From Amphiscolops sp. MND2022 (taxonomy: Eukaryota): 64,000 nucleotides of DNA. The stretch is taken from positions 2,294,001 through 2,358,000 of the forward strand of contig OZ076409.1 of NCBI GenBank assembly GCA_964187785.1, in the 5' to 3' direction. The translations under genes were made by a program, and so were the position numbers. Within the stretch, counting starts at the first letter, position 1, and each line of letters opens with the position of its first letter. Below are positions 1 through 13,550 of the stretch, in pieces. The notes beneath the pieces are model-generated. The model did not search any database and was not told where the DNA came from. It saw only the letters and a list, made by a program, of their open reading frames with translations.

Positions 1-723
1 AACTGAACCACAATCTGTTCCTTCTTTTTAGCGTAACAAACAACCGGATGGGACTAAAGGGTACTATACCTTTTCGACTCATTTTCGGGTACTGTAGAAG
101 GGAATACTTGACACTTTGAAGTCTTTGCGCTATTTTTGAGCCTTAGGTATGGCGCTGACTTATGCTGTCTGTTCCCGGCTTGTTAGAATTAGAAATTTTT
201 GGACACAATCGAAGTTTGGAGTGGAATGATTTTGCTATTTTCCGCCCACATATAATGGGGGAGGAAAATCATGATCTGTGTTGCGTTTTTTTTACGAATT
301 CGGCCAAATCTCTTCCCAGTTTCTTCATCGACCTCACTTATTACTTGACTATTTTAGTTACTTGACTATTCTAGTTTTTCTATTCGAGAAGTTATTGGCA
401 CTGGAGTATATATAGTTGAAAACATTCAATTTTTTGCGAAATTCTTGCAATTTTGTAAGATTTGCAAATTTCAGCCGAGAATGGTACAAAAAATCCATAC
501 AAATCTTATAAAACAAAACTCTTACAAAATTTGCATCGTACGATTTGAAGAAATATTTTTCAAAAACCGGTACCAGCCTATTAATCAGAAAAAAAATCAT
601 GAGAGCGATAAATGATACTATCCATTTCCATACTCTCAACCTCAACTTTTCGCGACAAAAGAACCCTATCTCAGTTAAGGCCAACACTACAGTAGACAGC
701 AGTAGCAATGGGAGGGTTAAGGG

Positions 724-1954
724 CAGGGATTTACATTTATTAAATGCATTATTAATGCATCTCGGCATTCAATAAATGTTAGTGAACAAAAAATTCATTT
801 ATTGCATTTATTGCAATTAATGTAAAGATTATTGCATCATAAAATCATTGATTATTGTTCAAAATTTTTTGAACAGTTTCAACAGTCCAAAGCACTTTGT
901 TCATAGCCAAAACCGGATCTCTTTCACTATATCCCCCCTTACAGCAAAAAGGGGGAACATAGTGAAACGCTATTAAATGCATGTATTGCACATTCTAATA
1001 GCGCAGATCTGCTCTTATTTAGCAGCGCTTCTGATTGGCTGAGAGGTGATTTTGATAAAAAGAACCAATAAAAAGTGTGGATAGTTATGACGACATCAAT
1101 TGATTGACAGAATAGCATGAGAGATTAGCCAATAGGAGATAAATATAAATGAGCCACAAACATTTATTTTCTCTAGGGGGGACATAGTGTAACGAGTGAT
1201 ATAGGGGGGGGCATAGTGAAAGAGATCCCGAAAACCATTTGTCCTTCGAAATCTTCAGGGGCCATGGCAAATCGATCTCCCAATGTAATTTTTGCTCTAC
1301 TGAAAAAACGTTCAATCTTATTGCTGGTGGGGGAACCCAAGAAGAATTATACCGTTTTTTCTCTTCCACTGCTTTTAGGGCTCTCGCGGCAAAATCTGTT
1401 TGAATTGTGGTATTATTATTACATAAGGTTAATGTGTACATTAACTCGGTACTAACATTCATTACATGTTAATAAAGGTTCCAATGCATTAACTTAATAC
1501 ATTAAATATAATGACATTTAATGCAAACTCATTGGTTACATGTCAAAATCTCCTAAGTCAAAATCTCCCAAGTTAAAATCTCCTAGACCTTAATCTCCTA
1601 GGTCAAAATCTCCTAAAATTAGAATAAAAGAAACTCATCGAAAAACAACTCGCCAACTTAATTGAAGCGGAAAGCTGTTCGCTTAGGAACAAAGGCTAAC
1701 CTCAATTTTCAACCATTTTCAAACTTAATTGCAAACCTTCACTCATTAGTCAATTATGTAATAATCTTTCAATGACTGTCTCAGCTTTTAATGCTTAATC
1801 AAAGTTACTTTCACACTATGAAATTCAATTTAGGAGATTATGACCTAGGAGATTTAGGTCTAGGAGATTTTAGCCTAGGAGATTTAGGTCTAGGAGATTT
1901 TAACTTAGGAGATTTTGACCTGATACCAACTCATTTAATATTTATAAATCCCTG
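724..1954. mobile_element. hAT-type non-autonomous element carrying a nested MITE
   Basis: TIR CAGGGATTTA...TAAATCCCTG; 8-bp TSD GTTAAGGG at 716-723 and 1955-1962. Confidence 0.85.
1534..1927. mobile_element. Foldback-like MITE (MULE- or Merlin-type) with 15-bp subrepeats in its arms
   Basis: GG...CC termini; inverted arrays of AAATCTCCTAGGTCA-like units; 8-bp TSD AACTCATT at 1526-1533 and 1928-1935. Confidence 0.8.
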
Positions 1955-1973
1955 GTTAAGGGTTATAAGTTAC

Positions 1974-2138
1974 CGGCTGAGCTGGTGGAGACGGAGGTTG
2001 TGTTTGACTGGGCCTGGCAGGTGGACAGTTCAGTCTGCACACTCTCGCGCCACTTGCCCAGCAGCTGCAACAGAATTCGCAACATGCTCTCCAGAGTGGC
2101 CGGCATCGTGTCCGGGATCTCGCGCACAATGAACAATA
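1974..2138 (-). CDS. fry: Furry homolog exon (gene continues beyond the window start)
   Basis: FIVREIPD....LESMLRILLQLLGKWR matches FRY FLLREVND....LDSSLKLLLQLLTQWK; canonical sites. Confidence 0.92.
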
Positions 2139-3244
2139 CTAAACACAACAACAACAAAACAGTCAACAAACAAACAAGATGGCATCTACACAGCGCTTCA
2201 ATTTACACGGCTGTAATTTCTGCCCTGGTTCAATGTATCAACATGCGTTTTAAAAATCGTTCAAAACTGAAATATCTACCTTGGTTCAATATATCACCAT
2301 ACGTTTTGAAAATCGTTCAAAAATTGAGCAAAAAATCAAAAATTCAAACAAAAATCATTTTCGCTTTCTTTATTTTCATTTTTCAACAATTTTTGCTATC
2401 ATATAATTGAAATATCGGCGGAAAATTCAATGAAAATTCGAACCCTTGTTTTAATCGTATGCATCTGAGAGGACCGAATTTTCAAAATTTATCATCTGGT
2501 TAATTTGTATTTCTCCTTATTCGTACTATTTCATTCGGTCTGTCCTTCGCGATACGAATTAGGCGGATTCAACTGTTGTAAATTTACGAATGAGAATCAC
2601 AAAATAACCGTATACTACTTAGGTCGTTGCGAAATGGGGTCTCAGATACATACAAGTTAAGCGAAGATCCGAGTTATCCGGAAACGAATTAGCCGGAGTG
2701 ATTGTCCTTATCATCAACAAAACAAATTAACAACTCCTTCGTGAAAATAGGCTCCTCCGGGGCACTGTATCATTTCTGCTTTCATCTTCAATAAAAGAAT
2801 CATATCTGGAATACCAATACACTCCTGTGTAATCATTATTTAGCGCACAATTGATCACTGTACAAGTTTACACCGCCTTTAATTCTCGGACTAAAGCAAA
2901 TATAACTACCAAGCGTAGACGAAGTTTCGCATTCGCATTTGAATGCAGGCGAAGCTCTCGGCGAACGGATAACTAACACTCGTTCGCTTCATTTCATGAA
3001 CTCGGCGTACGAATGCACAATTATTACTCGTTCGCTTCATCGCACGAGAATTGAATTGTCGTCGGCAGGTTGAGAAATTTAATTCTCACGCTTACACTCA
3101 CTGCCGAACAAATTATCTGAATTTTTCAGTAGGCACTCGGAATTACGACGAAAATCGTACTGAAAAAAGTTGCATGATTGAGATTTCAATTTTATTCGTG
3201 CTATCGCAGAAATAATAAAAATGAAAGATGGTTGTGGGGCTGAC

Positions 3245-3394
3245 CTAGTCTGGTGATGACAGCGGGTCTCCAATCGCGCAGTTCTTTCACGATGTTGCCC
3301 ATGTGGGATATTGCCAGTGCCCTCAACTCGTCCTCCGAGTGATCCGCCAGCCGACAGAGCAAGTCAAGCACTTCATTGGTCGACGAAATCGTGC
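3245..3394 (-). CDS. fry: Furry homolog exon
   Basis: EVLDLLCRLADHSEDELRALA...DWR matches FRY [21 protein letters not shown]...DWR; canonical sites, phase 1/1. Confidence 0.93.
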
Positions 3395-4034
3395 CTAAAG
3401 CATGCCACGAGTGACGAACCAATCAAAACAAGACGCCCGCTAAGCACCGGGATATTTTCCTCCCTTTTCGCCTTCATCACTTGAGCCATGGCTATTTTGG
3501 GAGGGGAATAGGATCTAAATAATAAGATCTAAAATTTAGTGATTTTAGATCTTATTCCCGTCCTGAAATTTTAATCTTATTTCCCTTAGATTTTATTCCC
3601 ATTTTTACTTTAGATCTTAATCCCATCAGATTTTATACTCGTCCTGAAATTTTAGATCTTGTTCCCTTTGGATCTTATTCCCTTTTTTGACTTTAGATCT
3701 CATTCCCCCCTCCTACTAAAATAGTCAAGTAACTAAATAGTCAAGTGATGGAGCGTGGAGATTTGGCAGAATTTGGAAAAAAAACGCAACATAGATGATG
3801 ATTTTCCTCCCCATTGAAAATGTGGGTCGGAAAATAACAAAGTCTCAAGTGTCACTTTTTGGGGTTCAAAAACAAACTTGAGAATTCACCAACGAAACAT
3901 CATCATAGTCTCGCGCTATCTGAGGATTATCAGATCGCTCTTAAATGACAACCATCCAGAAATCATTTCAATTCCACGAGCTGTTTCCATTCAAGGAAAC
4001 TCAAGAAATCTTACCTGAACTCATGCTGTTTTAG

Positions 4035-4472
4035 GGTACCAAAAAGATAAAGACACGCAATTTGGCTTTTCAGAGCGCAATAACTTAGGTAAATATCATT
4101 TTACAAAAAAATCTCAGCAGCAAAAGTCTGAAATTTCGATCAGAATTACAAAAGTATTTTTAGTTTTGAAGTCAAATCAAAATTTCAAGTTATATCACAT
4201 GGTATGTTGAGGAGTTTTGGACATTTTCGAACTTATTACGTAATATCTCAGAAACTACTGGTCATTAGAAAAACCTCATTGGATCAATTTTGTGGCCGTG
4301 ACACCGCTGTTCTTTAAGTGTTATAACTTTCTGTAACTTTTGTTTGATTTCAAAACAAAACATGCCCCTGTATTTCTGATCGAAATTTGAGTATGTTTCA
4401 CTCCTGGGATTTTTATGTCAAATTCTTATGTAGAACTTATTGCGTGAAATCGAGTGTCTTTAGCTTTTGGTA
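4035..4472. repeat. Old, diverged inverted-repeat element (MITE-like)
   Basis: Imperfect inverted arms, e.g. AAATTTCGATCAGAA vs TTCTGATCGAAATTT; boundaries approximate. Confidence 0.45.
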
Positions 4473-4656
4473 TAGCATTTTCTGATGATTCAGAATCAAA
4501 ATAAAATTTATTCAATTTATTGTATATTGATTAACATATTGTGTCAACTAATTTAGGCCGGAACTATTTTAATTCTGCGTATTAGCAGAATATTCGGAAA
4601 ATATCGCAGTGCCACTGTAACTCTTGTTGTATGTGTATGGATGATGGATGACTAGC

Positions 4657-4769
4657 CTGAAATGTTGTTTCCAGAGGGGGCCACCAGGGGCTGGGGGAGG
4701 AGACGTGGGATGGCGGCCACACATGCTCGGAACAGATCCAGTTTGGGCTTCTTGTCCGCACCCGCCAGG
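4657..4769 (-). CDS. fry: Furry homolog exon (GC donor; not in the ORF-track frame)
   Basis: Manual translation gives [21 protein letters not shown], matching FRY [21 protein letters not shown]; the phase requires TCAG|GCTAGT. Confidence 0.95.
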
Positions 4770-5772
4770 CTAGAACGAAAAGTAGAAGAACCTTTGAACA
4801 AACAAGGAATATGCAAATGAAATTTGTAATTGAGTTGGCAGGAAAAAATAGAGAAACAAGCTGGGAAAGTTTCAACTAGGCGCCAAACCCGGAACTCAAA
4901 AAGCGCAAAAACAATTCAAAACTTGCTGAGATACATTGTCCTAATTTGTAAATTGCCTTCCACTTACCGATGTTTTCCAGTTTTAGTTTATAGGGCCGTT
5001 ATTGACAATGTAAGGAGGCTCCGCAGCTTGCAGCGTACTGACACCCAAACTCTTTTCACTGACACGCCCTCCGTGTAGTAAGGGCAAAAAAGTCGTTTCT
5101 TTTACTACACCAAACCCCGGTTTTAGCACGCGCGGTCCTTGTATGAATTAAGTAAAAAGTAAAAAATAGGAGAAAATCATTCAAAACTTGCTAAGGTGCA
5201 GCACTAAGAAAATTTTGAAATGTTCATTTGTGTCAAAAAAGATCAGAGATGACCTTTTACTCTTAACCTCGCCAGTGCTAAACAAAACCATTGGCAGTCG
5301 ATCAAAACAGTTCGCAGCTTTCATTATGTGGGAGGCTCATTATTGAATGAATACGGTAACCGTTCCGTGCTATGTCAATTGGCCGACTATAACTTCAAAA
5401 CAGCGGTATCAGACCTAAAAATGGAGTTTATATATCTAAAACATTAAACTAGGTCAGAAAATGAAGCTGCTTTTGATTCAGACTCTTTTCATTTTTTGGA
5501 TCCTTTTAAATGATAATTTGTAAGCGTGTTTACAATCATTTTTGATGCATATCCAAAAGGATTGGGGATGTTTTAAAACATGTTTTGAAGCATTCAAAAA
5601 AACACGTTTCAAAACAAAAGATCAAAAAACGTGTTTTTAGTGTTTTTTTAAAAATACTTTTATATTTCAATTCAAATATTATATTTCTTTATCCTAATCC
5701 CTACTTTGCTTTTCAGATACAAAATGTGACGTACTAAAGACGCCATCTGGAGCAAATTTACACTTTTATTAG

Positions 5773-6018
5773 TGTAGAATTCTGCTGCACTGGCAGTTGA
5801 TCTATGTTTGCGCTATAGCTTGATAGCAAAAATTCTTGGACAGGATTAATCAAATTAAATTGATCAAAGTGACTAATATAGATTTCAAGAAAACAACTAG
5901 TCAACGTATTTCGCGCTAAAAAACAATCAATAATTATGAAAAGTTTTCATCAGTATTTACAAAAGTGTTCATGCGTCAAATCATGGAATAATAAGTTAAA
6001 ATGAAATAATATTCAACA
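5773..6018 (-). repeat. 3' LTR of the BEL/Pao element
   Basis: Direct repeat of 8610-8859; preceded on the minus strand by the PPT. Confidence 0.92.
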
Positions 6019-6059
6019 TACCGCACCCCTTGATCGACATCAATTATGGAAAGAACTCA

Positions 6060-7775
6060 ATGCTATTTAATTGAAAGTTTCCTCAGTTTTATAACTGGTC
6101 TAATCATTTGTCTGGTGAAAGTTTTCAGTTTAACAACTCTTGTAATATCGTCGTTTCCGGAGTAAAGTTCCATTACTCGTAGGTAAGCCGCTTCTGTCGC
6201 ATTATTTCACTTCATGTTTTTTGCGGCGCCACGGAAGATGATGGAAGTCCTTGTCAGTTGCATCTATTTCAACCAAATGATTGCCGACGATTGTAGTTTC
6301 TTGAAAGATTTTCTCACAACGTAACTCTACTTCAGTTGGCAACTTTCTTCGAGGTAGAGTCTCAACTTCCCAAAAACCTTTTGCCTTGCCGCCGATACCA
6401 CTCAGGTTCAAGTTTACATCATCTTTGTTTAGATTCAATGCATCAACCAATTTTTCAGTGATAAAGCTATGTTGCGAGCCACAATCCAATAAAGCCGGGC
6501 ATTGTACAAGTTTATTTTGCGAATCAATTACAGAAACAATAGCAGTAGGAAAAACTAAATTGAGTATCGTCATTTGTTGTGGTATGGGTATTTTCAGTAA
6601 AGTGAACAGAGGCAGTATCAATCCGATGTAACAATGTGTTGTGTTTTATGTTACAGGTTTGGCAAGACTTTTTCGAGGTACAACACTTGATACTATGACC
6701 TTCCTTCAGACAGTTAAAGTAAAGTCGAAGTTCTTCAATCCTTTGATGTCGTTCATTAAGTGAAAAAGACAAGAAAGCCGGACAAGTGTATATCCGATGT
6801 GCCTTTTCACACACAGGACAAGACATTGAATTGGACTGATGACTTTGACAGGTTTCTCTTTCAGCCCTTTTTTCTCGCGTTGACTGGCGAGTGGTTTCTA
6901 AAGATCAGCCAGATGCCTTTAATGCACGAGCACGACATTCGAGAAAATTTCTCAATTGCTCCATTGATTGCAATTTTCCATCAGCATTACTCAACTGCCA
7001 TTCACGAGCAGTTTCGGAATCCAGTTTTTCGGAAAGTATATGCACCCAAACGAAGTCAACTTTTCGTGTCAATTCCCAAGGCACTACGAAACATCTCATT
7101 CTCATTAAAAATACCAATGAGTTTCCTCAGGCTGTCTGCACTGTCTTTCTTCATCGAATCAATTTTGAAAATGTTATATAAATGCGCTTTCGTGATCAGA
7201 AACTCATTATCGTATCGATCTTTCAAGAGTTGAATGGCTGCATCATAATTTGCTTCAGTTGTAGGCAAAAGAGAAAGAACACGTTTAGCTTCTCCTTTCA
7301 AAGCACCTTTGAGATAGTGAATCTTTTGTACTTTGGGTAAAGACTGCTGTTCGTGCACAGTTCCTTTAAACATATCAAAGAATGTTTTCCAATCTTTATA
7401 CTGACCATCAAAAGAGGGTAGTTCAATTCGAGGAAGACTAACATTGTCACGGTGGTTTGAGCCAAGCGATGATGTTTCGCCGACATCAGATGTATGTTCT
7501 GCAATCCACTTTTGAATACTTTTCATCAACGATTTTACCTGCTGCAATTTGAAAATTTCCGCATCTAAGGCCTCGTCAGAAGTTTCAGTAGCATCGAGAA
7601 TTTTAGCTCTTTTTCCAGTCAGTGATTCTAACAGCGTTTCTGCTAGTAATCTATCATCCGCTGTAATTTCTTCAGTGGGCTTCGTTTTAATTTTGTCGAA
7701 CTCGTTGCCCTTTCGAGTAACAACGCCCATATGACTCTTTCGAGAGGCTAGGAGTCTTCGTGTTTCGTCGGACAT
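6060..7775 (-). pseudogene. BEL/Pao gag-pol remnant (DUF1759 gag, Zn knuckles, aspartic protease, integrase C-terminus)
   Basis: LPRIELPSFDG..DWKTFFDMF; CPVCEKAH..C and C..C...HNTLLH knuckles; ALLDCGSQHSFIT protease; RIMELYSGNDDITRVVKLKT tail; frameshifts; most of RT and IN deleted. Confidence 0.92.
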
Positions 7776-8029
7776 TGTAGTCCTGTTCTATGTATTTCAA
7801 ATGAGGAGGAAGCAATTATCGTTTTTCCGGTTGAGCACAGCCCCTTGTAGGCAGGTCAACGGAAAGGAACGACAAAAAAGGCGATTGAATTCACGTGAGC
7901 ACGGCCCCTTGCAGGCAGGACACTTAAATTAAGGCGAGACAAATGAGGGAAAATCTGGTTAAAAAGGATATGTAGTTTATTCCTTTCAAAAAGTATGAAC
8001 AATTTTGCTCTGACAAGGTTTTTCGAACT

Positions 8030-8556
8030 TCTTAAAAACTTTTCGTTAAGTAATTTGAAGACTTTTGCGAAAGCTCCTTTCTCAAAGTGACAGATCTTTG
8101 GATATATGCTTCAAGTCGTAAAGGTAAGGTGAGATGCCAACAAAAACTATGGGTTGCTTCTGTGAGTCGCAAAAAGCGTTGAGCTCAGCGTTTAATTGCA
8201 AAACTTTATGCTCCAATTCTTCAGTACCTGGAGGCGGTACTCCAACAATGGAAACTGTTAAGGTGAGCAAAAGAAGTGCTCGAGGTAGTTCAAATATTTC
8301 TGTTGCAACTTCAATTGGTTCTTGAGCTGATCGAAAAGTGCCGTTTTTCGATTAAAAATTTTCTAATGCCGTAACCCCCCCACAAATAATATAATATAAA
8401 CCTATTGAAGGGTGGTAGAAAATCCCAAAGATCTTGAGGGCGAGCTCCAGATACAGACAAAACGTCAAATGAAACTGTTTTGAACCTTTTCAGAAGTGAA
8501 TCTGACAGAATCAAAAACTTTGAGCTGCTCTTCAGGTAAATACTTTTTCGTACCAT
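8030..8556 (-). pseudogene. SGNH/GDSL esterase-like ORF inside the LTR element
   Basis: ILSDSL (block I), SVSGARPQD (block II), LWGG (block III region), SIVGVPP, LNAEL, and a frameshifted KD..HF..G (block V). Confidence 0.6.
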
Positions 8557-8588
8557 ATGAAAGAATTAGGAACGATCTAACCAATATC

Positions 8589-8606
8589 ACGTCGAGAGGG
8601 TCACCA
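8589..8606 (-). promoter_or_regulatory. Primer binding site, probably tRNA-Trp
   Basis: TGGTGACCCTCTCGACGT, 3 nt inside the 5' LTR; similar to the complement of the tRNA-Trp 3' end (TGGTGACCCCGACGT). Confidence 0.7.
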
Positions 8607-8609
8607 AGA

Positions 8610-8859
8610 TGTAGAATTCTGCTGCACTGGCAGTTGCTCTTTGTTTCCGCTAAAGCTTGATAGCAAAAATTCTTCGACGGAATTAATCTCTTTTTGATCA
8701 AAGTGACTAATATCAAAGATTTCAAGAAAATAATTAATGAGCCAAAGTATTTCGCGCTAAAAGTCAATCAATAGTCATGAAAAGTTTTTATCAGTATTTA
8801 CAAAAGTGTTCATGCGTCAAATCATGGAATATTTAATTAAAATGAAATAGTATTCAACA
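8610..8859 (-). repeat. 5' LTR of the BEL/Pao element
   Basis: Direct repeat of 5773-6018; followed on the minus strand by the PBS. Confidence 0.92.
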
Positions 8860-10302
8860 ATTAGCTACCGGCGGTAGAGATAAAGCTAAATGTAGCAAAG
8901 TGAATACCAGTATAGTACTTTGATTCAACGCATGAGATAACACTGGGAAAATTGCAAAGGCCGAAAACGACAAGCCAAGGCAAATGCAAGTGAACAATCC
9001 GGACAATCAAATGAACAAGGTCCATCTGAACCGAAGAGAAAACAATCTGTGATTTCGGTCCTGACCATAGCACCATCTGTGCAGAAGAAGGCTGAACTAC
9101 AAAGAGATCGTGCTCTTGTGGCTATCAATGCTCCTTTCAGAGCAGTAGAAAATAACGAATTAACAAAGTTATTGAAATCATTGCGACCCGGTAAATCAAT
9201 ACCAGACTGAATGAAAGTGGTAGGGCTACTCCCAAAAACATTGATGTCGCTAAGTTTCTGCGGAATAATCATGGTGCTCTTGGCGAGTTGGAAAAACTGG
9301 GAATGGAAAAACCACCTATGCCGATAGAAACAAGGTGGAATTCGATGAGAGACTTGATGGCCTATTACGAGAAAAACTTCTCTACAACTGCTGTTTATGT
9401 CCAGAAAATTGGAAAGTGGAGAAGTGTGGAAAACTTGCTTTTCTGTACCGACAAATGAACAATCTGTAAAATAACATTAAAAACTTTTTTTTCAACTCTG
9501 ATATCCAACCTTTGATTCGATGCAGATTATAGTTGCACATCAAAATTGAGAACATTTTCACTGATATCCAATCATTCAATTGAGTCGTCTAACTGCACAG
9601 TCGACCACTTGAGCGGTCGGCCAACTACACGGTTGCCTAGCTGTTCGTATAACCGAACGAGCTTTAAGAACCAATATAAAGCCGATCTCAAACCAGATTG
9701 GTCGACGAAATAGGCAAACTAGCACTTTGACGTTCAGTTACTCTGATCTGCTGTAAAGTTACATAACAGTTTCATCAATCAAATCTCGTTATCGAATGGA
9801 GTGACCAGTCACAATTGAGAATTCCATTCGGTTCTGCTATAAATTTATTTTGCATCATCACCGTTAGTGATTAGAGTTATTTTGCATCACAACCTACCAC
9901 CATAGTACATCATTGTAGTTACTGTTTCCAAACGTATCGCTCTCTGAGTTGGTCAAGTTAACAGCGTAGTCAGAACAAATGAAAGTTACTGCATGTAGAT
10001 TCGGTTAAAATCACGAAGGGCCATAGTCCTGTTACGTTAAAATCACAGCTACCTATACAGCCTAGCAGTAGCTGTGATTTTAGCTGAACAGGATTTTAGC
10101 CGCTTGTAATTTTAACCGAATTAACTTTCATTTTTCGGACTACATGTAATGTTACATAATAGTTACGAAATTGAAGCTTCTTTCTCAAGTGGTTTGGCCA
10201 ATTACAACTGATAATTCAATTTTATTCTGCTATAATACTATTCGTCTCTAATCTCGTTCGGCTATAACATATACCACCACAACCTAGCAGCACGAAACTT
10301 AC

Positions 10303-10550
10303 GCAATAGTGATGTCACGATGTTCCTTGGCCGGCGATGAGCTCATGACGTAAGTGAGCATGGGTTTGCCGATCTGGCTGTCTAGCTGGAACAGAATCAC
10401 GCCCAGGGCTCTGCACACGGAGCCGAAGTAGGAGCCCAACCCGCAGTTCATGGCGGCCGTCTCTGTGAGGTTGTGGGTGAGGAAGGTACGTTTGGACTTC
10501 TGCAGACACCCAGACGGCAGACTGCTGTTGTTCATGGGCATCGGAGGGGC
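10303..10550 (-). CDS. fry: Furry homolog exon
   Basis: PPMP...LPSG..KRTFLTHNLTE..A...GL..Y...V.RAL..IL.QLD.QIG matches FRY; GTTAG| and GC|GTAAGT. Confidence 0.94.
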
Positions 10551-10618
10551 CTAACGAACAACACACGACCATTTAACATCACTGGACTGAACTCAGCAGA
10601 ATATCTCACATCTAATTA

Positions 10619-10781
10619 CGGTAAACCCTCGATTATCCGCCACCTTTGGTCAACCGCCACAAATCTACGGGGACATTTTGCTGTACCACCAGTGTCTAAG
10701 CTCGCTTGATTAACAGCCACTCTCACTTATCCGCCATAATTCGCGCTGGACCGATGGTGGCGGATAATCGAGGGTTTACTG
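10619..10781. mobile_element. Tc1/mariner-type MITE
   Basis: 26-bp TIR C(G/A)GTAAACCCTCGATTATCCGCCACC, flanked by TA on both sides. Confidence 0.88.
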
Positions 10782-11547
10782 TAGTTTGGACACAAATCAA
10801 TGGGACCATACTTCTTAATTTCCCCCCTAAGCGGCGACAGGGGGGAAATAAGAAACAAGGTTCAAATATCGTTATGTCGACATCGTTTGAGCTGACACTT
10901 TGGTCCAATAAAATAATTGATGTCGAGATGATCCTAATTTTTACATTGACTGAGAATAAAAGTTGCTGGTTTTTATGCGGAGAAAATTTGCGCCAAAATA
11001 AGGGCTTTCGTATACAACTTAAGCTTGTTATAGAGGTGAATTTTTGCTTTTTCGTCAGAAAATCAAAACGTTCGGGTAATTTTTTGCTGCAAGTGTCGAA
11101 CAATTCTAGAGCCGATTCTCTAAGTATTTATAGCCTTATCAATTTCTTTCATTCGCCAAAGAAGTTTTTTCAAGCATAAAAGTTGTTTTCGTGTTGGGGA
11201 GGGAGTGTACGAAACAAGGTGTACCTGGGAGGAAATAGAAACATGGTCCAATCAATGTAGTATGTCATGAACGAGAAGAGCTTAAAAATAGATCATGGTA
11301 AATTTGAGTGAAAATTGGGTAAGTTTTATTTGATGACTCAAATCGGTCCAATGCTTTTGAGAATATACCACAAAAATGTCAATTTCACATTGAAACTTCA
11401 AATTTTTTTACTTTTGTTGTGGGTATGTATGTTGTTTTAGTTGGAACAAACAAGGCAAAACGTCCCAATTAGGAGAGAATTCCGTAGACAAAGAATTCAT
11501 CCACCAAGCTATACGGAATATTAAAAACTAATAATACGGCATAGACA

Positions 11548-12038
11548 AACAAGACGGGAAAGTCGGCGCCATATCTTAGGCTCAAAAAGCGCAGTTTTTG
11601 AAATATGCGTAGGACATTTTCATGGTAAACTTCTGTTTTCGAACCTCCGCATCCTCCTTACAAAAACGCAATATAGTTCGAATATAACGTCAAACGTTCG
11701 GTTATAGCGCTTTATTCCGGATAATATGAGGGGGGACTTCGATAAAATCGACGGAGGGGGCCCTTTGGAGACAAAAAAAAATTCGAAAAGTCGCACAGTG
11801 CCGAGAAAAATTGAAAGGGAGGACCTTTCAGACTCGTCCGGTTTTGTGTTACGTTTATACGTTTAAAAAGTAAAAAATGAAAGGGGGGAGGGGGGACCCT
11901 TTGCAATAACTTAGACGCGTTTACCGGGTATTAGTTTAGTTGAACAAATTGAACAAAAATTTCGTCGCGTTCGAGTCTGTCTTAAAACAATTAGTGACTC
12001 TAATTGTCGGGCTCTTTTTCTAAACGCGCCGACTAAAA
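11548..12038 (-). mobile_element. Helentron-associated non-autonomous element (HINE/DINE-1-like)
   Basis: Subterminal IR AGTCGGCGC/GCGCCGACT, AACAAGACGGGAA end, flanking T-run, GGGGACCCTTT core repeats. Confidence 0.8.
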
Positions 12039-12835
12039 AACAAACTCGTGAGCTGGCTTTTCAGATCTCAAAAAGCATGTCAATCGAAGTATCTGAGACG
12101 TTTGTTTTGCAATGTAGCTTTCAAAACTCCTAAATTGGTCATTACGATACATATGCCGCAACGAACTAGCAAGATCTTGCTAGTTCGATTAACAGCCAAT
12201 AAAAACGCGTTATTATTTCAAAGACGCGTTACGTGTTTTGCTCGTTACACTGTGTGTAACTATGAAATACTTTTTAGAGGAACCCATTTTGATTAAAACG
12301 GTATTAATCAAAATGGATTCCTCTAAAAAGTATTTCATAGTTTTTCGAATGGAAAGATTATGATTGGCGAGTGTTACAAACCCGAAGCGGATCGTTTCAT
12401 TCGGGAATCAATTCAAGAAAAAATTCATAATCAACACAGACTACACACACTTCCATCTCTTCCACAAAATACAGACAAAATTGCGCAAAATAAATCAGAT
12501 TCTTTCATGGGAACTTTTGCACGCAATATCCTGCGCAATATCTGGAGAACCATAAAGCGAAGTTCTACAGAAGTAGTACAACTTTGTTTCCCTAACTTGA
12601 AAAACCCCAGTCAACAATTTTCACAGAATATTTCAACTTTTTTGAACAGAAACAGATGCTCTGTCTATTTTCATATACTAGTCTTCCGCTATAAAATTGA
12701 CTCCTTGAACCCTGGGCCATCAGTACCTACAACGGCAATGTGACGACCACAACTTGAACATTGTTTCACGTGACATAGCCCCTGATTTAAATATACTTTG
12801 AAAAACGATGAGAGGAAGGAGGGAATGAAAGAAAT

Positions 12836-13550
<715 letters not shown>

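Larger units (their letters stand above)
5773..8859 (-). mobile_element. BEL/Pao LTR retrotransposon, internally deleted
   Basis: LTRs 5773-6018 and 8610-8859 (TG...CA); 5-bp TSD ATTAG on both sides; PBS TGGTGACCC and polypurine tract AAGGGGTGCGG on the minus strand; Pao-type gag, protease and integrase remnants. Confidence 0.95.
5734..9380 (+). pseudogene. hAT transposase remnant split by the LTR element
   Basis: RTKDAIWSKF (left of 5773) continues as ATGGRDKAKC (right of 8864), a BED-finger start; then NAPFRAVEN..L..LRPG and PIETRWNS motifs. Confidence 0.75.

Noticed and set aside
1791..1925. DLGLG/DFNLG repeat protein
   Set aside because: Translation of the 15-bp subrepeats in a MITE arm.
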